From: Octopus bimaculoides | Lineage: Eukaryota | Assembly: GCF_001194135.2 (NCBI RefSeq) | Contig: NC_068981.1 | Coordinates: 53,251,309-53,315,308, forward strand | Direction of reading: 5' to 3' | DNA: 64,000 bases | Shown here: piece by piece, positions 1 through 12,000 of the stretch | Numbering within the stretch: position 1 is the first letter of the stretch | How the letters are laid out: each line of letters begins with the position of its first letter | Program-made: the position numbers and the translations under genes | The notes under the pieces: generated by a model | Told to the model about the DNA's origin: nothing | The model's database searches: none | Seen by the model: only the letters and a program-made list of their open reading frames with translations

Positions 1-17
1 ATTACCACAGAGCCATC
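1..17 (-). CDS. SEC13: SEC13 coding exon 9 (partial): DGSVVI...
   Basis: Minus-strand acceptor ttctgtttctcag|GATGGCTCTGTGGTAAT; phase 0 follows exon 8 (SCSQ|DG). Confidence 0.85.
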
Positions 18-3000
18 CTGAGAAACAGAAAGCAAAAAAGAAAAAAAAACTTTAAAAAAATATTAAAGCAATGCAAAATTGAAGTATAACTATCATTGTT
101 CATCATTATCATTGTTTTAACATCTACTTCCCCTTGCTTATATCAATCAGATGAGATGGAGGTTAGATTTTCTACAGCTGGATGCTCTTCTTGTTTCTAA
201 TCCTCATTTATTTCCAAGTAAGGTAATATTTTCCTCTAGTCTTGACATGTTTTCATGGAAGATTGCATACAAACACTATGATGATGCTTACAACTAGCAT
301 GTGATGTCAAAACGAGACACACATATACACACACACACACATATATATATATATATGTATGTGTGTCTCTTTATACACACACACAAACATGCACACAAGC
401 ACATGGTGGGTTTCTTTTCAGTTTCTGTCTATCAAATTCACTCATAAAACTTTGATCAGTCTAAAGTTATAATAAAGGACACTTGTCCAAGGTACCATGC
501 CATAGGATTACTCAAAACGATATGATTGGAAAGCAAATTCTTTAACCACTCAGGCTATAGCTATATCTCAAAGAATTAGAAAATTATTATTAATATTTTA
601 AATTTATTCCTTTGTTATACTATTTTTAAATAAAAATATGCTAGTTTTCTCAGATATTCTAATAGTCTAAATGAAACTAATTTAAAAGATAAACTTGAAA
701 TATTATTTTAAGAAACATAAGTAATACTTTTGAGATAACAGGAAATTATTTGACAATATCAACAGCATTTATAAGTTTTCTCAATTAAAATCTTGAATTA
801 AGTGAATCTCTTTCATATTAACAATGACGTAAATAGGACCATTATAGTATTCTACATAGGCCTAGCACACATTCCAAGATAAAAAGAAAAAGTGACTGCG
901 TAGCTCTAAAGGTTTCATAAGGCTAAAGATTTTATGGGTAAAAAACACTTTTTCTGAAGGCTTAGATGGCAGTCTATAAATAGGATTTAGTATTTATTTT
1001 TAACAGATAGGTAAACTTAAAAACATAGGATAATAAAGTGCCCTGTTCAAAAGCAAATATCTGAATAAATTTGAAATCAAGACTTAGGAGACACAGATAT
1101 GTCAATTTTGCCATTTCAGCTTTCCTTTCTATAATAAAATTATCATTTAAAAAAATTGGTAAGAATTGAATTAAATTTTAAAAAATCAATATAGAGAAAA
1201 TATACCTGTGAACAGCTAGCGATAATGCTTTTGGGGAGACCAATTGAAGGAGCCCAAGCAACGTCTCTTACCCAATCATTATGACTTTCTAGTTTCTGTT
1301 CAGAAACCCATTGTCCATCTTCAGACTCCCTAAACAATGAAGAATAATATATAATTCATTCAAGAAAAAAAAAACAAATGTAAAGCAAAACATTTAAATG
1401 AATGAACAAAAATGGAAAATGTGATCACTGCTAATAAAACAAACACTAATTTTGTATTTCATTTCTATTTATGTGAAAAATATTATCATTATCATCATTC
1501 AGTGTCCAACCGATTTTAATGATTTTTTGGCACATAGGTAGATCACATGACCTGAAGTTCAAATAAAGCCAAAATTTTTCTTCGAAAACTCAATAATGCT
1601 CAGTTGGCATTGATTTTTGTGAGTTCAATCGGGTGTTTGAATGGAAATGCCCATAACGATGTTATTTTTCCTGCAGCTTTTGCACTTTTTTGTCTGATTT
1701 TAATGAAAATCGATGAGTGAGTGAGGCTCATGGCAGTGAGCTGATGTCAGTATATGGCATTGATAAAAAATCGATAATTGCACCTGAGAAGTGGTTTTAT
1801 AAAATCAATAGGCTTTTGCATGCAAATAGCCATAGGCATTTATTTTTGGCTGTAACTTTTATATTTTTTATCCGATTTTAATGAAATTTGAGAGGTAGGT
1901 AAATTTTGTAGTAGGGGAGACGGTAAAGGTGCTTATGTAATTCATATGGCAGGCGCTAGCATAACGAAAACAGTTGAAATGTTTGGTGTATCAAGAAGAA
2001 CTGTCTTGAAAGGAATGACAGGCTTTGAGAAAGAGGGAAAAACCTCCGCATTGAAACAAAACTCCCAAAGAAAACCAAAACTTTCGGGTAGGGACCGTCA
2101 GACTCTTATGCGAATTGTTAGAAAGGATTACAAAAGTACACCTCGAGAACCCAGTTTCCACAAAAACTGTTCGCCTGGAGCTGCACAAAGCTGGATTTCA
2201 TGGGAGGGATTGCAATCAGAAAACCACTACTTTCAAAAACAAATGTTGCAAAGCATTTAGAGTGGAGTAAAAACCTACAGAACTGGTCTCTAGAGCAGTG
2301 GAAGAAAGTTATTTTCTTGGACAGGTCATCCTTTACCTTATTTCTGACCACTGGCTGAGTATATGTGTGGAGACAGCTAAAAGAAGCATTTAACTACACT
2401 GCCTTCTTCCAACTGTTAAACATGGAGGAGGATCTATGATCTGGGTGGTTATATCTTGGAAATCTGCTGGCCCAATGGTTTCCCTTCGTGACAGAATTAA
2501 TAGTCAAGGCTATTTAAGCATTTTATCTGATCAAATTCATCCTATGGTTGTAGAACTGTTTCCAAAGGGAAACACAATCTTTCAGGATGATAATCCATCA
2601 ATTCACACAGCTAAAGTTGTTACTGAATGGCACGAGGAACATTCTAGTGAAGCTGAACATCTTATCTGGCCAACACGGAAAACATGAGCAATGCCGGGTC
2701 CAACAGCTATCATCATCATCATCGTTTAATGTCCGCTTTCCATGCTAGCATGGTTTGGACGATTTGACTGAGGACTGGTGAAACCGGATGGCAACACCAG
2801 GCTCCAATCTGATTTGGCAGAGTTTCTACAGCTGGATGCCCTTCCTAACGTCAACCACTCAGAAAGTGTAGTGGGTGCTTTTACATGTCACCCGCACGAA
2901 GGCCAGTCAAGCGGTACTGGCAACGGCCACGCTCAAAATGGTGTATTTTATATGCCACCCACACAAGAGCCAGTCCAGGGGCACTGGCAATGATCTCGCT

Positions 3001-3024
3001 CGAAAATCCTTACACATGTCACGG

Positions 3025-3063
<39 letters not shown>

Positions 3064-6000
3064 ATATACACACACACACACCAAATCCTCTCACAAGGCT
3101 TTGGTTGGCCCAGGGATGTCGTAAAAGACATTTGTCCAAGGTGCCAAACTGGGCCTGAACCCAACACCATATAGTTGGGAAGCAAGCTTCTTAATCACAC
3201 TGTCACACCAGCACCTGTTATGAATAATAAAAACAAAAAGTGCCAGTTGAGATTCCAATACTGCAGCAGATCTCTACACTGGTCATAAATATTAGTGTTC
3301 TCTCAATTGTGTGTGTACCCACTACCACTTGACAACCAGTCTTGGTTTGTTTACATCCTCACAACTTAGTAATTTGTAAAAGAAACCAATAGAATAAGTA
3401 TCAAGCTAAAATATTAAGTACTGGGGTCAATCTGTTTGGTTAAAACCCTTCAAGGTGGTGTCCCAGTAAGGCTGCAGTTCAATGACTGAAACAAGTTAAC
3501 GATATAAGATATACAGGATGGTCTTCAGCATCACGTACCTATCATCACAATGATGGAAGCATAACATCTCTGAATTATTTATTCTTCAAACAATTCTATT
3601 TTTCTACACCAACTAATTTTGCTTCTGGCAACAGAAATTTACTGTAATCTAGGAAATTACCTATCTGTTTAGCAGATTGTGGCAAAAATAATGTAAGAAA
3701 TATAAGAAACTGAAATTTTCTAAGACTTACTTCCAGATTTTAACAAGATTATCGCAACCACCAGAAACAAATCGTTTGCAGGCCTGCTGCCGACCAGTCT
3801 GTTCTACCAGAGAACTTGGAGCAATAGCATTAGCCCAGGAAACAGCATTACAACCACTCTGGAAAATATGTAATAAGGGAATTGAAATGTAAAATGAAAA
3901 ATATTTAAATATTCAGAGAGAGAAAATTATAACAAAAAAAAAAAAAAAAANNNNNNNNNNAAAAAAAAAAAAAAAAAATTATACACAAATTTAAAAGTAA
4001 TTATTCTAAATCTACTAATGTAACTGAACATAAAATTGGTAGAAGTAATGAAAGCTGGGAGGCATGATGATCATCATCATCGTCATCGTTTAACGTCCGC
4101 TTTCCATGCTAGCATGGGTTTGACGATTTGACTGAGGACTGGTGGACCAGGAGGCGATACCAGGCTCCAATCTGATTTGGCAGAGTTTCTATAGCTGGAT
4201 GCCCTTCCTGACACCAACCACTCCGAGAGTGTAGTGGATGCTTTTACGTGCCACTGGCATGAGGGCCAGTCAGGCAGTACTGGCGACGGCCACACTCGAA
4301 ATGGTGTATTTTACGTGCCACCTGCACAGGAGCCAGTCCAGCGGCACTGGCAACAATCTCGCTCAAATGTCTTTTCACGTGCCACGATGATGTATATATT
4401 AAACTAAGACAGAGACATATTATCCAATGTGTTTCCGCCCAGTCTACAACTGCTAACTCTCCTCCTCAATGATACTCCCACATCTCTCTATTTATCATTT
4501 CTCTGTCATTCTCACAATCTCTCTGCACACTTTTATCTTGTCACTATACAATGCTGCCAGTGTGTCTAAAGATAGCAGTGGATCTTTCCTATTCACTGTA
4601 CCATGACACCTATATACCAAGAAATGGCATTGGACCAACCCATATTTAATCCACTCTATCACTATCCCTATTACTCGTAGATCAAGGGGCCTCTGTGTAG
4701 GAGGTTGCATTGGATGTGCTTGTACTCCATAACCCTACCATCACTCTTTCTCTATGACTAGCTGTCATTCCTTCTCCCCCAAATCACTTGTAATTGGTAT
4801 CCCTTGTTTTTATCCAGCACTATCTCTCTCCTACCAGCCTCTCATCCCAATCACTTTTGCTCACCCACTTGCCTTGCTTCTCTCTTCTCTTCACATTAGT
4901 CTCATTGCCGAGAGTTAACAAGCACATCATGTAAAAGAAAGAACTCTTTAAACTTTTGGATTACCAAGAAACCCCACTAGCTTCAAGAGGATGACGTGTT
5001 GAGTTAGTGACATCATGAGTGGGCAAAGGAGGGTGAAGATCTATATGAAGCTAATTCACTTTTATTTTGTTTGGCATTAGAACTGTTATGATTTTGTTCA
5101 GTTTACTGATTTGGAAATTTGACAATGTTGAAAATATTATCTGATGCTAACATTTGCTTGGAGTTAGAGTGTGCATATATTATTTAAGGTTGTTAGTGTG
5201 ACCTGAAGTGTGGTGTGGTTGTTATAGTTAAAATACCCACCAATACACTAAACACCCTTATTGTTACAAACCCTCAACTTGTTTATTGTACTTTCAAATA
5301 GAGTCCAAACTGTACCAACAAGTCATTCATATAAATCTATCTTTTTCATTTCTCACAACACTTTAGAACATGAGAACTTTTCAGAACCATCTCTATGTCA
5401 TCAAATGCAAAGTGAAATTGTTTATTACTGTTTCAGAAATGTCTTGCAGCAGTTTCACCATAAATATAGCATCTGTGGAGTTACATCCAAATAAAATCCC
5501 AAACTCCACCCACCCTACCTTTATCTTATACTAATTTCAACTATTTCTATAACTTTCATGATTTGGTCCATCAAATTAACACCTTTATAGTCTTCCACTT
5601 CTTTGTATATCTCCTTCCTTTTACCCTTGTAACATTTGATGACGATAAATGCTGACTAAGATAACAACTTCCTGCACAACTTTATTAAGTGTCTGATATG
5701 ATGACAGCAATAAACTTAACTACTTACAGAGTGAGCATTCATGATTTTCTTTGTGTCCCAATCTCCTTCACCTGCAAAATAAAATTCAAAATAATGTAAA
5801 AATAACAAAGCACTGAGGTGAGAACAGAAAATAGAGATAACAAAAAATATAAACTTACCTGGACTTGAGATAATTGAGATGGAGCCATCTGAACTTGCAC
5901 AAGCCAACATCAGACCAAATTCATGTGGAGCAAAGCAGACAGAATTGACTGAAATAGATTAAATTCTTATTCTAATTTTTTCGTCTGGTGATAAATTACC

Positions 6001-9000
6001 ATGATGGTAAGATGTAATTTGAGGGAGATTTTGCAGATATTTCAATTAGATCAAGCAATCACATAGAAGCTCCTTCATTGACTTACTCTATATCATCATC
6101 ATCATCGTTTAACGTCCGCTTTCCATGCTAGCATGGGTTGGACGATTTGACTGAGGACTGGTGAAACCAGATGGCTACACCAGGCTCCAATAATTGTTGA
6201 ATATTTAAGGTATAAGTTAAACATTAGAATTTGTTAGAAGCAAAGCACTTTTAGCATATTTAAGCTACTCTATATAACTGGAAAACAAGAATCTCCAGAG
6301 AGCCTTTATGTGGTTTCTTCACCTGCAAGATGTTGCAGCCAAATTTCTCTCAAATCATTCTTTCAAAAAGGAAAAAAAGTATGATACAAGAAAATACCCA
6401 AAGTTAAACAAGCATCTCTCACATTTCAATACCCAGGCATGTTGTAAAAACACCTAGATAGTTGTAGACATTTACATCTGAAGACCTGCCCAACACAACA
6501 ATATGGAAAAAAAAATCATACAAAGTAAATGTTCTAATCAACAGATATACGCTTAATGACATTGTGAATTTTATTATTAAATGTGTTATTTACCTGAGGA
6601 GTCATGATTTGAATATTCATAGAGTTTGGCCCAAGTGCCATTGGTTTCTTTCCATATTATGACTTTACGATCATAACTACAGGATGCTAGCAAACATCCA
6701 AACATAGGATGTGCCCATGCTAATTGCCAGACAGGTCCATCATGTCTAAAGAGAATTTTAAGAAAAGATTTCAGTTTTCAAATGCAAAAAGTTAAACCCA
6801 TAGCTTTTAGAAAAGTGTTAATGAACTGAAGAAAACTTTTAGACATAGAATTAGATATTTAACACCAATTTGATGACACCATATACAGCATACAATCTGT
6901 CCTGATAGAGATGAGACCCACTTCAAGAAATGATGGCTATGTTCTTCGCTTATCATTTCTCTTAAAAGCCATTCAAGAAGAGTTTTCGAAAGCCAAACAA
7001 GAGTACCTGGCAAGAATGACCAACAGATTGCGTCTCATCCAGTTCTCTTTTTGTTGAAGATCAGTTTCACTTTTCTCAAATTCCTCTTTTCACAGTTCAG
7101 TACATCATGCTATTTTCAATCACAACAAAACCAATACATGGTATGCTGTGTCTGAGATACATTTTATCATCATTTTATGTCTGCATTGAATGCTGATATG
7201 GTTGAACAGGTTGTTTACATGGTGTCATCACTCATCAAGGAGTGTATCATCTTGTACACACAACAACAGAAAAAAATTGGCCAACTTATTTGTGCATGTC
7301 TTACAGCCTAGAGGGTGTGTATTATCATGCTACTGGCACTAGAGAGGTCATTTCATAGAAGAGGACAAAAGTGCCCCTTCTACCTTATATCAATATTTGT
7401 TTGGAGTTACTCTAAACCTTGAGGGAGTCTGCAATGTAACTTGCAGATTCCACATGTCACCCATAAGTTCCTTTCTTAATGTATGTATGACACACACACA
7501 CCCACACACATTAGTGAAACACATTCAAAATAGTTAATTGCAGGGAACTATATATTGGTTTACTTTACAATTTTTAACTACTTCCAAATGCAATGTGGAA
7601 TTAATTATCAATGTTTAAAGAAAAAAAATAAATAGCAATGTAATGTTAAAGTTTTATATCAAATACTTACGCTTTCAAATCAGCCTGAAGTGTCTGGCTG
7701 CCATTTCTGACATCAAATATTTTCACAGATTTATCAGAAGAACATGTTGCTAGCTTATTACCATAATAATCCATTTGAGCATCATGCTGGAAAGAAAAAT
7801 AATAAATGAGACAAATGAACATATTTTTGCATGTTGGTATGGGTTAGACAAGTTACAACAATACACATCGTCTTGCACACACAACAGAAAACTGGCCAAT
7901 TTTGGTGTTATGTATGTTTTACAGTGTGAAAAGGGTGTGTTTTATCATGTCACCAGCATCAGAGAAGTTATCTCATTAGACAAGTTATCTTGCCGAAAGG
8001 CAGCGAGCTGGCAGAAAAGTTAGCACACCGGGCGAAATGCTTAGCAGTATTTCGTCTGCCGTTACGTTCTGAGTTCAAATTCCACCAAGGTTGACTTTGC
8101 CTTTCATCCTTTCCGGGTCGATAAATTAAGTACCAGTTATGCACTGAGGTCGATGTAATCAACTTAATCCCTTTGTCTGAGACAGTGCTCTGTCTCAGTT
8201 GTCTTCCTCCAATGTTCAGAGCAAAGTCATTCACTTGGACCACAATTACCAAATAATAATCAATCCCAGTACTAGATTGCCATTACCTTACCTCATATTT
8301 ATCATTCTCATCATCTTGGTAAAGCCTTAGAGAAAACCCTTTTGCTGTCAGCAGAGATAACAGCTCCCTGAATTTTTTACCGACCAGTTCTTACAGTGGC
8401 TACTATGCTTTCAGAACACCCATCTCAATTTCTAATTCAATTCCTAAATAATAGAAACTATCAAATACTCCTAGACAGCTACTAGGGCACTGGAGAGAGT
8501 CTAGTTCACATGTGCTCTTAGTACTTATTGCCCCTGTGCACCGCTGCATATGATGTCTACCATATCTGTTATCCTTCCTGTGATTCCAGTACATCTCTTA
8601 TGAATCCATAGTTTATACTAGTTACAACATATTGTAACAACTTTTCTTCACATTAACCACTGCTATTTCCTTGATGGTGTCAAAATCCTGTCTTTTCTCT
8701 TTGCAATTCCTTTCCCTATTCTACTACTGTTTCAGTTATAAGAACTAGCTCATATGCATATATTACTTCCTATGGGCAGCAGGCAGTAAACTCTTGCTAT
8801 GGCTTAGAGGACTATAAATGAACAGAAAGAAGCTGGAAACTGATCCTTGATGTACTCCTACCTTCACTATACTCATTATTAACTCTCTATACCTCTCCAA
8901 ATGGCTTGTACAGCTCTCAAAAGCCATTTGTCTCCCTGTCAAAGACATTCACTAGGTCAACAAATACCATATATATTGTGTATGTGTGAATGTCCATGAA

Positions 9001-12000
9001 TACATGGAATACTGACATTACAAGACTTTGCTTATCATAGCCAGTGGTATGTTCATATTCCTTGTTGATATTATGACCAAAAGTTGATGAGATGGCAGAA
9101 TTGTTAGCATGCCAGGCAAAATGCTTAGTGACATTTCACCCATCTTTATGCTCTGAGGTTCAAATGCCACCACAGTTGACTTTGCCTTTCATCCTTTCAG
9201 AGTTGATAAAATGAGTATCAGTTGAGTACTGAGATCGATGCAATCAACTAGCCCTTTCCTCTACAATTTCAGGCCTTGTGCCTTTAGTAGAAAAGATATT
9301 ATGACCTGTTACTTGGTTTTTTTTACAAAGATTTGTGGAATAAAAAACTTATTTGAAAAGTTAAGGTCAAGAACTGATGACAAAAAAAGCATCCAAACGT
9401 AAAACCCTGTTTCAAAGAAGTCCCCATCTACTCCCTGCCAGCATAGAAAAATAAACATGAAATAAATGAATGAATAATGGCCTTCAGTTCAGTTTAAGAT
9501 GTGAAATGAAGTTGCCTGCTTCCTCAGTTGACCTGCCCACAACATAAAGCTCTCAATCAAATGTCATAGCATCATTTCACTGAATCTTAAAATCATCTTT
9601 AAAAAAAATTCCATTTGAAAAAAAAGTTCCATTTGAACTACTATAAGCCAATAAAAGATTGCACGAAATTCCAAAAGGAAATACCCAATCAGCTTTAGAA
9701 GCTGGGTATATTATCAGCCAAAATGATTGCTTCTCTAATGCTTCATAAATCACCTAGAAATGTCAGACAGTTCACAACAGATTAACTGCAGCCTATGCAC
9801 ATTCTAATAACTTTTTGCATGCATTAAGTAGAAACTGCATCACATGAAACTGTAACATTTCATTGCAGTAACAAATGAGATTTTCAGTCAGTTCAACAAC
9901 AATGGTTTCAAATTTTGGCATAAGGCCAGCAATTCCAGGGGAGAGGCTAGTTGATTATATCGACCCTAGTGCTCAACTAGTACTTATTTTATTGACCCCC
10001 AAAAAGATGAAAGGCAAAGTCAACCTTGGAAGAATTTGAACTGAGGACATAAAGAGCCAGAAGAAATGCCACAAAGCATTTTGTCCAAGGTGCTAAGGAT
10101 TCTCCCATCTTGCCACCTTTATAATACTAAACCTTCTAGACTTTGGAATTCAAAAAGTTACTATCCCTGTTAAGCAGCGAAAGGTAATCATTTGGCACAA
10201 TCTTCACACTGAGACTAATCACAAAACAAAAACAACCAAACTCATATTCAATGTATAACAGATCCATTTGTATTTCTGATGATTTCCTCAACTTAATAGT
10301 TCCAGTATGAGCTACAATGTAAGTGACATGAACTGGATATGCAGTAGATTAAACAAAATGATTTAATTGGGTATGTTGCAGATTGACTTGTGCAGAGAAA
10401 CCATGGCTGTATGTTTATGACAAATATCTATCTGCTCCTAAGGGAGCCTCTAAAGAGTTATTTGACTGGTTAGATATAGCAGCCAAACTACTTTCAAATA
10501 ACACCTTACTCTCTTTATTAAAGGACAACGCAGACAATGTAATCTTCAATATACAAAAATGATTGTGTGGTAAAGAATGGAATACCTTTGATCAAAGGTC
10601 TGCTCAATAGGGGATGACCTGAGGCTAAATAACAATAAAATAATTAATGTAAATGGAGTGTCCTTTAAAATAAAAAAAATTATATAACTTTACTCACAAT
10701 CATATCTTCATGAGCTGTATCAACCGAGTTGATTACAGATACCTGTAAAAAAAAGAATACAAGATGAAAATGGCAAGTAATAATAAAAATGATCTCTGTT
10801 AACCACAAAGGACACAGGACAAAACAGTGTATATGTGTGTGTTGTGAGGGATTTGTGTGTAAACAGGTTTAATAAAAAAATAGTCATAATAAGATTTGAA
10901 CAATAAGTATTCCTCAATAGGGGGATGTTTGAAGACTGCTTGTGGAAAAACCCCATAAAACCACAGTTGCTCTGACTTCAGGAGCAGGTGCTTTTTCTCA
11001 ATTCTTTATCTCCGATTTACAGGCGTATACTCAGGGCAGGCCCATTCACTCACATCATGCTGGAAGGTAACACTTAACTCTCCTCCCTTATTTTCCTCTT
11101 CAAGTGAAACTTGAATTGACCAAAGAGGAAATGTTTGTCTTCAGCCCCTTCAATTGCAATGGCTACCAGGCATATAAAAACTGCTTGCTCTTTCTGGTTA
11201 AAAGAAGACAGCAGGGCAATCTTCACAATGGATTCAGTCGATAGGTGGATCTGCCCTACACATGACAAAAGGTGTTTAACATAAACCCACATGTCAGCAA
11301 TGCTTGGGCAGTGGACAAGAACGGAGGATAGTTTCATTGCCACGCACACATCTTGGACATGCTTGGCTGACAGCACTTCCATGCCTGTAGAATTTATCTC
11401 AAATTAGCACTGCCAGATCAAGGATTTTTGGACGTTATCCATCAATCCCAAGCTGAAAGTTTTCCAGAAGTGAGCAACCAGTTGATCATCTTTAATGCCC
11501 AGGGTCTCCCCAACAATATCATCACTTTTACCTACCACTAATCCTCTATAGAATGCTAAACTGGATTTTCCACCTATTGCAGTGCTCAACTGGCTGAGGG
11601 CTGTAAGTACTTGAAGATATTCCACTTTCCAAGTGTTTTCTTTCAGTCTCTGCTTGACCCAGGACTACAGCTTCATCAAGGAGACAAGCTGGGGAAATGC
11701 ATCTGACAACCACACTTATTCTCTGTCAAGCAAGTGCTGGAAATGTTGTAGCCTCAGCACATGTTTGCACATCATCAGCCATAGCACCCCAGTCCACCAT
11801 GCAGCAGGTGTTGACAGCAGATGGATCACCTGACCTGTCCACAAGAAGCAAAAGAGAATACACTCTAGTGCAGTCAGACAAAGACTAGAACATGGCACAA
11901 TGGTCAGGGAGTAGATGATGGATGCAATGTACACCACCTCTGCCTGACCTTTCAGGGATAGTTTCTGCTGAGTCAATTTCTGGATGACAGTAGTCACCTT

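Noticed and set aside
5636-5697. TGATGA...CTGA...CTGA resembling a C/D snoRNA in a SEC13 intron
   Set aside because: It is on the strand opposite the host transcript, with no terminal stem or recognisable rRNA guide.
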